Source: Octopus vulgaris
Taxonomy: Eukaryota
Assembly (NCBI GenBank): GCA_951406725.2
Contig: OX597817.1
Coordinates: 99,448,001-99,512,000, forward strand
DNA length: 64,000 nucleotides
Reading direction: 5' to 3'
Positions 51,715 through 63,690 of this stretch are shown piece after piece. The notes beneath the pieces were generated by a model. The model ran no database searches. It was given only the letters and a program-made list of their open reading frames with translations, and had not been told where the DNA came from. A program made the position numbers and the translations under genes. The stretch's first letter is position 1. Each line of letters starts with the position of its first letter.

Positions 51715-52910
51715 TAGCTGAAGGTGACCCGCTCTACGCGCGGGTAAGAGTGTGGGTGTTACTTTCTGTTGCTTCCTTTCAGCACGTAAAAAGCACCATC
51801 CGAACGTGGCCGATTGCAGCATCGCCTTGACTTGCTTCTGTGCTGGTGGCACGTAAAAAGCACCAACCGATCGTTGCCACTGCGAGCCCCCTGGCACCAG
51901 TGCCGGCGGCACGAAAAAAGCACTCACTACACTCACAGTGTGGTTGGCGTTAGGAAGGTCATCCACCTGTAGAAACACTGCCAGATCAGACTGGAGCCTG
52001 GTGCAGCCTCCTGGCTTCCGAGACCCCGGTCACACTGCCCAACCCGTGCAAGCACGGAAAACGGACGTTAAACGATGATGATGATGATGATTCTCCGTAT
52101 TTGTTTCTCTCTCCTTTCTCTCTCACTTTCCCACTCTCTTACTTTTCTTTTCTCTCTGACTCTCCCTCGCTTTCTCTTACTCTCTATCTTTATCTATCTC
52201 TCTCCCATTTATAAACAACAGAAGATCTTGAGTAAGTTGAGAAATAAAATATTTAGAAAGATCAATCAGAAATATGAGGCAGTGGCAATGGAAAGGTCTG
52301 CTTCAAGGCAGACAGCAAAACGCTAACATTCAAAAGGGACAGACGAACTTGCGAGCTGAATAAAAATGATAAAATATTGGAAACCAAAGTTTGAAGGGAT
52401 AGAATCTGAGGATAGTAGAGTCACCATGGCTGGCATTTGTTAACGACGGACAGCAACGTAGTGACAGTTTAACGGCTGGCGTAAAATTTCGAACTTGATG
52501 TAAAAGAAAATTCGTAAACAGCAAGTTTTGAAGTGATTCTTTCTCACGACAGTAGACTCACCATAGCAAGCATTCAAAACTTCTTTATCATGGACGGCAA
52601 CACATTGACGATTAAAATGCTGGCGCAAATTTTTTAGCTTGATGCAACAGAGAATTCCTAAACACCCGCTCTTTGAAATTTTAATCCCCTTCCAGCCCCA
52701 TTTAGACCCCTTTTCACATTTTGGTTAATATAACCCGATTTCATTCGGGTGTACTGGGGCCACATTTTATAAGATGAGGAATTTTGTCCTAGAGGTGACG
52801 CCTTTCATTTGAGGAACAAAATAGTTGTGATGCAAACTTGTCAGCACCTTTAACATAGGTGTGCATATTTTCAGGTGAATCGACCGACTACGTAATGCAC
52901 ACATATATAT
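51714..52910 (-). mobile_element. Probable non-autonomous Helitron with nested RTE 3' fragment (51780-52091)
   Basis: ACTAG + CCCGC..GCGGG hairpin at 51713-51745; the other end is uncertain. Confidence 0.5.
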
Positions 52911-52915
52911 ATGTG

Positions 52916-52956
<41 letters not shown>

Positions 52957-53098
52957 ACGCATTATATATACAAATGTATACAAATGAGATATATATCTGT
53001 ATAAATTAAATTAGAGATAAAACCACTAATAGGCAATCAAACAGTGAAAAACCAAAAAACAAAAACATAAAAAAAGAAAATATAACATAGAAAATATA

Positions 53099-54107
53099 TC
53101 TATATATATAAAACTGTAGTTGTGTGAGTGTCTGTCCCCTTCGATTTAGATTCCTAACTACTCCCAAATGTTGCGGTGCAGTTTAACCAAATTCGGGTAT
53201 CTTATAGTCGTGATTCATATCGAGCCCGTCTGGGTATTAGCGCGCGTCTACGATGAGTGTACGATTTTAAAAATAATTTAACATCATTTTTTATTCCATT
53301 TTAATGCATATTTTTTCGTGTGTCGATGGCGGCGGAGTTGGCGTCCACGCTCACGCCTGCACCTGTGTTGCTTCTCCCCCTTCTTCCCTCCCTCGTGAAG
53401 CTGTGGGGAAGGGAGTGTAAGGAAATCAACGTCGTAATGCGTTGTGAAGGAGACCAGCGTTCTTTTAGAACAACGACTTCATGGCTTGAAGTCGCCAAAA
53501 CAGAAATCGCTAAAAAAGCTGAAACAGATCCACAAAAACGGCAAAAACCGCCACACAGGGCAGGTTTCCTGTGCAAACAATTTGCACAACCGAATGTTTT
53601 AGTTGTTGCACAAATCTTTATATATAAAAGTAAGGTTGTGTGTCTGTCTCCTACGATTTAGATTCCTAACTACTCCCACATTTTGCGGTGCAGTGTAACC
53701 AAAACCGGGTATCTTATAGTCGTGATTCATATCGAGCCCTTCTGGGTATTAGCGCGCGTCTACGATGAGTCTACGATTTTAAAAAAAATTTACCATCATT
53801 TTTTATTCCATTTTAATGCATTTTTCGCTATTATATAAGGGAAGTAACTCTCTAAAAATGTCTACGATGAGTCAACGATTAAAAAAAAATTACCATCATT
53901 TTTTTATTCCATTTTAATGCATTTTTCGCTATTATATAAGGGAAGTAACTCTCTAAAAATGTCTACGATGAGTCAACGATTTAAAAAAGAAATTACTATC
54001 ATTTTTTATTCCATCTTTAATTTTTGCTTTTTTTGCTATAACTCACTAAAAATGCTTATATAGTTATTTCCCTTACAAACCCGAGCAACGCCGGGCGATA
54101 CTGCTAG
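53099..54107 (+). mobile_element. Composite non-autonomous Helitron (two 5' ends, one 3' end)
   Basis: A|TCTATATATATAAAA at 53099 and TCTTTATATATAAAAG at ~53615; CCCG..CGGG hairpin + CTAG|T; internal ~99-bp tandem repeats at 53760-54010. Confidence 0.85.
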
Positions 54108-54254
54108 TAAAATATAAAATTGAAAAGTTTAAATTATTTAAATTGAAAAAAAAAATTATGAAATTATATTTATAATTTGTTTAAAAATATATATAACTAT
54201 GAAAAAGTATGAAAAAGTTTAATATACATAAATACAGATATATACACTTTGTAT

Positions 54255-54545
54255 ATATACATTATATAACCATATTTATATATAGAACACACACCCACAC
54301 ATACATTATATATACATATTTATATATAGAACACACACACACATACACACATACATTATATATACATATTTATATATAGAACACACACACACACATACAT
54401 TATATATACATATTTATATATAGAACACACACACACATACACACATACATTATATATACATATTTATATATAGAACACACACACACACACATACATTATA
54501 TATACATATATATATATAGAACACACACACACACACACACACACA
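54255..54545. repeat. Minisatellite, ~45-55-bp units (CATTATATATACATATTTATATATAGAACACAC)
   Basis: About six copies visible. Confidence 0.85.
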
Positions 54546-55070
54546 TAAATGAACGCAAGAATATCTGATTCATAATATTTGTTCTCATGCTCGTGTGTTG
54601 ATTGTTGGTGACAGACGTATACTTAAAAGAACGCCGCCGAAGTGATAGGAAGGTAGGAAACAGAGTCAGTGAAAAAGAAAGGAAATATCGATAGTGACAG
54701 ATACTTTAAATAACCGTAGTGGACTTCTGAAAGTTATGAAGAGGAGTAAGAGAGGGAAAGGAGGAAATAGGGTGAGTGAGGAAGATGGCCCCTAGCAACC
54801 ACACCTTTTAAGACAGGGATTTCTAAGGTAGCCCACGCGCATCGTCACCTCATTCTACATGTCCCTGTAAATTTTGGAGCGAATGGGACGGGATGTAGTG
54901 GCATTGAAAGCGATCCAAGCGGTAAAAACGCATTTCAGTTTTATATATAGAATAGAAGATATATATATATATATATATATATAACTAATGTAGGATAAAA
55001 TTTTTTCCGGGAAAAAAATTTTATCAATGGCCAGCATATCAAAAAATACCGATAAAGGTTAAATTTATAA

Positions 55071-55453
55071 ATAATTTACAAGATAAGGGCAAAAGAAAAA
55101 TTCTGATGCCAAATATGCCGAAAAAAAAGACAAAAATCGTCAATAACCATTATAATTTATGTGTCTCGAAACAAACCGATAGAAATTTCTAAAAAATCCG
55201 TTATTACCGTATTGGTCCAATTTCGGGGTTAATTCATAAGAATTTTCCCTTCTTCAGCGATAAATACGTGAGATGTAAGTGAAATACTTACTCATACCCA
55301 CTCATACTTACTCGTATGAGTAATAACGGATTTTTTTAGAAATTTCTATCGGTTTGTTTCGAGACGCATAAATTATAATGGTTATTGACAATTTTTGTCT
55401 TTTTTTCGGCATATTTGGCATTAGAATTTTTCTTTTGCCCTTATCTTGTAAAT

Positions 55454-55456
<3 letters not shown>
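55071..55456. repeat. ~137-bp inverted repeat enclosing a hammerhead motif
   Basis: 55071-55207 versus 55320-55456. Confidence 0.9.
55204..55263 (-). ncRNA. Type I hammerhead ribozyme, canonical core
   Basis: UUAUCG-CUGAAGA-A-GGG..CCC(C)-GAAA-UUGG-A-CCAA-UA-CGGUAA. Confidence 0.8.
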
Positions 55457-55509
<53 letters not shown>

Positions 55510-56240
55510 GATTGAGGTTGATATGGTGTGTGTAATGATACCTACATCCATACATATCATTAGTTGTATGAGACAGGTTTATGTATGTGAGAGTGGGTAA
55601 GTATGTAGACACACACATACAAGATATACTTAAAGCATGTATCGTAAGATTGCTATAAACTGACCACTCACTACAACAATATCATATTTCACTCCTCTTC
55701 CTCCGGTAATTAGAAGTAATTTACTACACTTATCAGTATCAGAACTCCTTATCTCTATATCTTAATCCTTTTGTCTTTACGATCACTTTGTATACTTTTA
55801 TTTTTATTTTATTTTTGTACATTTTACATTTTTACAATACATTTCTAGAATTTATGACCTTCTTTATATCTTTATATTTTTATATATTTATATTTATATT
55901 TTTTTGGTGATCCCAACATCATTAACATTTCCTTCTCTTCCCCTCTATTCTTCTTTTTCCTTTCCTTTCCTTTCTCTTTTTCTCATCTTCCTTATTTCCT
56001 TCCCTTACAAGAGGAATGAAACCAACTGGAATCTACCCAGCATTCACTCTATATTGAATGAGAAAACGGTATGGACGTATTTTTGGAGTCCAATAATACC
56101 CTGTACACCTATTTGATTATGAAGATTTACAAACATACTTTCTCAGTGATACTCAATTTACCTACTATTATAAATAATACCAAATGTTCTTTTTCAGACC
56201 TTTCATAATGTGATACAAGTCTTTGGTGTAGCAATTGCAT

Positions 56241-56332
56241 GCGGCTGAAGAGGGCTTTAAACTATCTGTTATGTCAATTATACATTGATGTAAGAATAAG
56301 TTGCTTTATAAAGCTCGAAACATGTGTACCGC
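56241..56332 (+). ncRNA. Type I hammerhead ribozyme, canonical core, extended stem II
   Basis: GCGG-CUGAAGA-GGGCUUUA..(~49 nt)..UAAAGCUC-GAAA-CAUGUG-UA-CCGC. Confidence 0.8.
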
Positions 56333-57000
56333 GACATCCTTTGTGTTCTGTTTTTTATTTCATTTGATACATATATCCTCGCACCTCTGCTACTAGCTGG
56401 CATATACAGGTGCTTATACTTATCAAGTATTCACCCTGAATTTATGTATATAAATTAGAATAACACAAATACACATGGAAATATTACATTCCTAAGAATC
56501 CATTAAAAATCAGCCCCAATCACTGCTATAATCCATAACGTGCCAACTTTAAGTCATTCAACACCTCACTACTTTCACTCATTCATATTCTCCCTTCTCT
56601 TTCTTCTTCTTCTCCCTCTTCTTCTTCTCCCTCTTCTTCTTCTCCCCCTTCTCCTTCCTTCTCCTTCATAACTTTATCACTAATGCTTTTTAGTATAACT
56701 CCTACACAAATTCTATATACAAAACATTCAATAGAAATATTTTCATGAATTGAACAGCAACTGCTAGCCTCCACTGACCATTCAAAATACTACAATCATG
56801 GCACTCCAAAATTCTTCTTCTTCTTCCTCTCCTCCTCCTCCTCCTCCTCCTTCTTCTTCTTCCCTAACCCACAAGAGTAAACAAGAGAGACAGAGACAGA
56901 CAGAAACAAGGAAAATGCCACTTATATTTGAACACTATACAAATATTCTTTTAAAAAAACTTTTCTTTTAATTTTTCTAAATTTAATTGTTTAATTGGTA

Positions 57001-57036
57001 CAGTTGAAAAAGTCTCAATGACTGAAACCGGTACTG
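57001..57036 (+). ncRNA. Minimal hammerhead-like motif, variant core
   Basis: CAG-UUGAAAA-AGUC-UCAAU-GACU-GAAA-CCGG-UA-CUG. Confidence 0.55.
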
Positions 57037-57084
57037 AAATGTTCTTTATAAAATTATTTTAGCATTTTCTATTCTGACGTGTTT

Positions 57085-57116
<32 letters not shown>

Positions 57117-57127
57117 CATAAACATCA

Positions 57128-58245
57128 ACATCATCGTCATTAAACATCCACTTTCCATGCTGGCATGGGTTGGACGATTTGACTGGGAACTGGCCAGCCA
57201 GGAAGCTGCACCAGGCTCCAATCTGATTTAGCAAGGTTTCTACAGCTGGATGCCTTTCCTAATGCCAACTACTCCAAGAGCGTAGTGGGTGCTTTTACGT
57301 GCCACCGACACAGGTGCCAGTCAGGTAGCACCAGCATCAGCCATGACTATGATTTCACTTAGTCCAACAGGTTTTCACAAGCATGGCATATTGCCCAATG
57401 ATTGAAGGGTGCTTTTAAACAGGCCAGTTATGCAACACTGGCATCGGCCACAACTACGATATCACTTGGCTTGCCTGGTCTTCTCATGCACGACATATCT
57501 ACAAAGGTCTCGGTTGCTTGTCATTGCTTCTGTGGGGCCCAGTGTTCAAAGGTTGTGCTTCATCACTTCATCCCATGTCTCCCTGAGTCTTCTGCGTCCA
57601 CAGATTCCATACCAGCACAGTTGTCTCTCTTGCACACCACATCTGATGCTTCTTATGTCCAACTTCTTTCTCAGAGTGCTTACACTCTGTCATGTATGCA
57701 CACTGACATTACACATCCAGCAGAGCATACTAGCTTCATTTCTTTCAAGCCTAGGCATGTCCTCAGCAGTCACAGCCCATGTTTCACTGCTGAGTGGCAT
57801 GGCTGTTCACACACAGACATTATACAGTCTACCTTTCAACCTGAGTGAGAGGCCTTTTTTTACCAGCAGAGGTAGGAGCTCTCTGAACTTTTCCCAAGCT
57901 CTTCTTATTCTAGCAGCTGTACTCAGAGCATCTACCCATGCTACTGATTTGGTCACCTAGATGATGGAAGCTATCAACTACTTCTAGTTTCTCTCCCCAA
58001 CATGTGATGGAATCTGTTTTCTGTACATCTTCGATGTTTATTGCACCTGTGCATCTGCTATACACAAAAACTATTTTCCCAGTCAGCCTTCCTTTGATAT
58101 TACTGCACCTTTTATATGTCCATAGCTTACTTTGGGTTCATTTTATGAAGTTTCTACCTACACCTTTTCTATAGATTGAGCAGGGCCATCTACCCGAAGT
58201 GATTTATAATTTGTCTGCCCTTTGATTCTAGACCTTGCTTCCACT
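57128..58245 (-). pseudogene. Degenerate 5'-truncated RTE LINE copy
   Basis: Reverse complement of 12145-13735 with deletions. Confidence 0.88.
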
Positions 58246-58310
58246 ATATATATATATATGTATGTATGTATCTATGTATGTGTGTATGTATGTATACACA
58301 CACACACACA

Positions 58311-58384
<74 letters not shown>

Positions 58385-59040
58385 GATATATAATTATATA
58401 GATATAATTATAATTAGGGGTACTAAGAAACAGCACCCACATGCCAGAGACAGACATTAAATGACTCCAAAACCAACTTCAAGTTACGAGATGAATAATT
58501 GGATTTGCCTCATAAGGAAAAAAAGTAACTTTGCTATTATGTATGACAATATGAATAAGGACCTGTGCAAAGAAATAAAAAAGTTTGATGATGTACAAGG
58601 GGGGCATTGCTGCCTGTTGTTGAACGAGGAGCAGAGGGAAAAGTGTTAAAATTCAAAGGAGGATTTGAAATGTGGGAAGTTGGACTGGACACCCAAAAAT
58701 TACCATGGAACATAGGTTACATGCAAATACTAAAGGAGTAAGGTTTTGACATCTTGAAAGGCACCAAGTACAAAAAGAAAAAATGAACAAAGGTAAAATT
58801 GAAATGACTCAGAGGTGGGGCTCAGAATACTTCATTTCATCTCTCATTTTCATTTTGTCATTCATTGTAACATGCACTTTCGTTCTTTTTTTTAATTTGT
58901 TATATGTCCCCACATGTCCTTGTATTGTCCCCTCTATATCGGCCCCTTGTGGGTAATAAAAAAAATCGATTCTTTCAGCTGGTTGGTATATAATTGTATA
59001 ATTGTATTTCTCTATTTGTTTTTTGTATATTGTGTGAAAA

Positions 59041-59121
59041 CATCCTGATGAGGGGAATGTCAGTTTTAAAAATATGAAATATATCATATTATTGGTACAT
59101 CTCTGAAACAGCCCGCAGATG
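59041..59121 (+). ncRNA. Degenerate hammerhead-like motif with long stem II
   Basis: CAUC-CUGAUGA-GGGG..CUCU-GAAA-CAGCCCG-CA-GAUG; U16.1 is lost. Confidence 0.5.
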
Positions 59122-59437
59122 GAATTTTCATATTTTTGTATTATTTTCATGGTCTTTAGTACATCCTTTTAATGTTTTATCATCTCAAATTTTTAATACA
59201 CCAATGTATTATAACTTCTAAATGTAAATTGACTGTGTTTTGTGTATCACATCGATATTTATCTATTTATATGTATTTTTATATTTATATATTTGGAATT
59301 TTTATATCCATTTTGTAAATGTAGAAGAATATATGCATATATTTGATTTCCGAGTGTGGTTATTAATTATGTTCCTCTAGTTTCCGCTTGCATTGCCTCC
59401 ATTGAAATTATTAAGTAGCATATATATATATATATAT

Positions 59438-62020
59438 AGGGAAGCTTTATGAAAATAGACAAAAGACGAAGGCGGGTGAAAAACAAACAAACAATTGTAT
59501 TAGTATGGCGTTCAGGAAATATAAATAAAACAAGTCTTTAACGTTTCGAGCCTACGCTCTTCAACAGAAAGATACACAGAGAAAAAAAAACACAGAAAGA
59601 AGGAGAGAAAAAAATATGCGTGCAGTAACTAACGAATCAACATGGCGATCTGATTTCGGCCAGAAGTCAAAGATCAAACATGAGACGCGAGAGCGAAATT
59701 AGGGGAGATAATAGGGTTGAATGACCTACTCCAACATAAGGGTGTGGGTGTGTGTGTGTGTATGAGAGAGTATTAGTGCGTATGAGAGGTCTGGACGTGT
59801 GTATGTATATATGATGTGATGTGTAAAGTCGTGTGGTGTAGTGTGGAGAGAGGAGAGGAGAAGAGGGGGAGGGGGAAGAGGAGGGGAGAAGAGGAGGGGG
59901 GATGGGAGGATGGGAGGAGGGGGAGATAGGAGGAAGGGGAGATGGAAGGGGAGGAGGAAGGGGAGGAGGAAGGAGGAAAGAGGGAGAGGGGGAGAGAGAA
60001 GGGGAGTGAGGGAGCAGAGGGAAGGGGAAGAGGGAAGGAGGGAGGGAGAAAGAGGGAGAGGAGGAAGGAGGAAAGAGGGGGAGAGAGAATGGGAGTGAGG
60101 GAGCAGAGGGAAGGGGAAGAGGGAAGGAGGAGGGAGAAAGAGGGAAGGAGGGAGAGAGGGAAGGGGAAGAGGGAAGGAGGGAGGGAGGAAGAGGGAAGAA
60201 GGGAGAAGGAGGGAGAAAGAGGGAAGAAGGGAAGGGGAGTAGGGGTGAAAGGATGAAGGACTGAAGAGAAGTAGGGGTCGGGGGAGGTAGTTGAGGAGGG
60301 GGAGGGGGAATTGGGGTTAGATGAGGAGAGGGGAGAGTTGAGACCAAATGGCGTATAAGAGCGAAGAGAGAAGATTAATTCCTGTTCACGGCGCAAACGG
60401 GAATCCGGATGGCCTCTGTGTAAGGACAAACCGAACACAGACAGGTGTTGCAAGGAGTGACCGGTGGAGCGGAAATGGCGTGAGACCGGTGTGTCGTTCG
60501 CAAGGTGGATGTCACGAAGGTGTTCCACGAACTGATCAGCCAAGCGGCGTCCCGTTTGTCCGATGTACAAGGGCAAGTGCGGCAACGTGGGCGGGAGCAG
60601 GGGACCGAGCCGGGTTGGGAGGTAGGGTCAGGGAAGGAGCTATGGACTAAAAGGTCTCGAAGGTTGTGGGCTCGTTTGAAAGAGGGGAGGGGTCGGTTAG
60701 GGAAGAGGTGTGAAGTGGATGGGTCGGACTGGAGATGACGGAAAGCTCGAAGAATGGTGCGTTGGAGAGGTAGGGTCGTGGGGTGGTAAGTGAGGGGAAA
60801 AGGGAGGCGGGAGACTACAGGGCAGGTTCGGGGAGAGAGAGCAGATACACGGTCCACGGACCGTGCTCTGGCAAGGGCGGTGTGGATAGTGGTGAGGGGG
60901 TATCCACGTAGGGTGAAGTGGTGAGCCATACGTTGAGACTGAGTCTCAAAGTCGTGGTCGTCACTACAGAGCCTACGTAGACGGAGGAATTGGGAATAGG
61001 GGATGGAAAGCTTGGTGTGTTCCGGGTGGGAGGAAGAGAAGTTGAGGTATGAGTGTGAGTCTGTGTGTTTGTAGTGAATGGAGGTGGTAAGAGTGGAGTG
61101 AAGAATGCTAACCGAAATGTCGAGGAAGGAGACAGAGGTGTTGGAGATAGTGGAAGTGAAGTGGAGGGCTGGATGGAAAGATTGGACGAAAGAGAGGAAG
61201 GAATCTAGATGTTCACGGGAGAGTGAGGTGGCACTGATAATGTCGTCAATGTAACGACCATATAGTTCAGGAGTGGGACCAGTGAAAGTAGAGAATATTT
61301 GGGCCTCAACATAGCCAACGAACAGGTTCGCATAGTTGGGGCTCATTCGCGTTCCCATGGCCACTCCCGAGACCTGATGGTAGAACTCGCCCGTGAACGA
61401 GAAGCAGTTCAGAGTAAGGACAAGTTCGGCCAGACGAATGAGTGTGGAGGTGTCAGGTTCAGGGTTGGAGCGGAGGTCAAGAAAGTGTTGAAGGGCCTGC
61501 AGTCCTTCGTGGTGAGGGATAACAATATAGAGGCTTTCGATGTCCATAGTAAAAAGGATTTTGGAGGAGCCGGGAGGAAAGGAGAAAGAGTTGAAAAGCC
61601 GGAGAGCATGGTTGGTATCGTGGATGTGGGAGGGAAGAGATGCCACTAGGGGGGCAAGGACACGGTCGAGGTATTTAGAGATGAGCTCCGTGGGGCAGTT
61701 ACAGGCGGAGACGATGGGGCGGCCAGGGTTGTTGGGTTTGTGGATTTTTGGGGAGGAAGTAAATGGTGGGGGTACGTGGGTTGGATGCGGTGTGGGGGAG
61801 ACGGGAGGACGAGATGAGGTCGCGGACAGTAGAGGATACCGTCTGTTGGTAGCTACGTGTGGGGTTAGAGGGAAGAGGGGAGTAGAAGGAGGTGTCATTG
61901 AGTTGGCGGAAAGCCCCGGCCCTATAGAGGTCCGCGCGCCACACCACTACAGCTCCACCCTTGTCAGCCGGTTTGATGATAATGCCAGCGCGCCGTTGGA
62001 GGGAACGAAGAGCCAAGAGC
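59438..62020 (-). mobile_element. 5'-truncated Neptune-type Penelope-like element with polypyrimidine 3'UTR and pLTR
   Basis: IIIKPADKGG, KIHKPNNPGRPIVS, TMDIESLY, GVAMGT, RYIDD, SFLD, CSRPRCRTC, LYIGQTGRRL..EH..GLN; frameshifts present. Confidence 0.92.
59535..59572 (-). ncRNA. Minimal hammerhead-like motif (core CUGUUGA)
   Basis: UCUUU-CUGUUGA-A-GAGC-GUAG-GCUC-GAAA-CG-UU-AAAGA; sense to the PLE ORF. Confidence 0.7.
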
Positions 62021-62698
62021 TCATACATGCACATACATATATATGAATGTATATGTGTGTGCATATATATATATATATATATAATATATATATTACGACA
62101 ATAAATTCATTTTAAGAATCTGAGTTGTCAAATAATACTCAGCGGTAGTCAAAAATAAGAAAGAAGCTAAAAAGGTATTACGATCCCCTTACTATATAAC
62201 TACGAATTGATTATTTCTTTAAGTATTTTAAATATAAGATTTTTGAAAGTTATTATTTAGCCAACGAGATATAAAGATAGATAATTTGCTATAGCGTTCG
62301 TTTAAGATTGTTTATTTGTATTTTTGAAATTAGCTATTTCATCTTTAAATATGAAAAATTAATTTATTAGGTCTTTATTATATGTGCGTATATATTTATT
62401 TATAGAGATTATTTTAGATCTTAATTATAATATTTATATACATTTATATATTTTCATTGATAATTTATATATTATTTAAATTTTATATTTTAATAATATG
62501 AATATTCATTTTTCTGTAAAAATTAATACTTAAAAATCAAAATTAATATTTAACATTATAATCGTTGTTTTGACATAATCATAATCGTTAAGTTTCTAGT
62601 TTGATAATAGAGTTTTTTATAAGAAAATTTATTATATTATTTATTTCTTAAAAAATATCGTTTAAATATTTCTGATTATTTATTAAAATATTACAATT

Positions 62699-62798
62699 AA
62701 CCTGAAGATTGACTGTAACCATAATTCGAATTATTAATTGAATTTAAATTATTGTTATTATTATTCGAATTGGTAACGGACATGAAACGATCGTAGTG
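62699..62798 (+). ncRNA. Degenerate hammerhead-like motif within an AT-rich repeat module (62090-63115)
   Basis: CUGAAGA...GAAA-CGAUCG-UA; stems I and II are weak. Related module ends at 17275-17470 and 53005-53050. Confidence 0.4.
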
Positions 62799-63140
62799 TT
62801 TTACTCTTTATCTTATATTAAACTTTTAATACTTTTTGATAGTTTAAAATTTAAAAATAAAATTTAAAAATAAATAAATAAAATAATAATAAATATATAT
62901 ATATATATATATATATATTTAAAATTTATAAGTTTAATTTATTAATTTAAATAATTTTTAAAAATTTAAACTTTAATTTAAATATTTTAATTGGATTTTT
63001 ATATTTTATATTTTATATTTTTTATATTTTTTAATAAATTTTATTTCTATGTATTGGCTTATGATTTTCACTGTTTGATTTGCCTAATAGTGGTTTTATC
63101 TCTAATTTAATATAATATATATGTGTATATATATATATAT

Positions 63141-63473
63141 AAACAATTGCAGCGTGGAAGGTGTTTATAAGCCATTTAAGAAACACACAAAAGCCGTTCG
63201 ATTCACTTCAACATTTAAGTTTAATTTGTCAAAATATTTTCGTCGCTAAAATCCGCGACCTGTTCACTGATGCAGCACGGATTTTTGTTAGTAAACAGGT
63301 CGCGGATTTTAGCGACGAAAATATTTTGACAAATTAAACTTAAATGTTGAAATGAATCGAACGGCTTTTGTGTGTTTCTTAAATGGCTTATAAACACCTT
63401 CCACGCTGCAATTGTTTTCGTTTCAGCACACGATCTCAGATCAAATTACTTGCTATGCGAGTACATCTCCGTA

Positions 63474-63525
<52 letters not shown>

Positions 63526-63690
63526 TGCAGCGTGGAAGGTGTTTATAAGCCATTTAAGAAACACACAAAAGCCGTTCGATTCACTTCAACATTTAAGTTT
63601 AATTTGTCAAAATATTTTCGTCGCTAAAATCCGCGACCTGTTCACTGACAAAAATCCGTGCTGCATCTGAGAAAGTAACAGTTAGTTCGT
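63141..63690. repeat. Three copies (+,-,+) of a ~130-200-bp module, each with a hammerhead-shaped motif; the first two form a palindrome (63141-63417)
   Basis: Copy 63603-63652 (minus): UUUGUCA-GUGAACA-G-GUCGC..GCGAC-GAAA-AUAU-UU-UGACAAA; copies are bounded by (TA)n. Confidence 0.85.

Noticed and set aside
59667-60347. Pro/Ser-rich and Glu/Gly/Arg-rich ORFs
   Set aside because: They come from the polypurine/polypyrimidine tract in the PLE 3'UTR.
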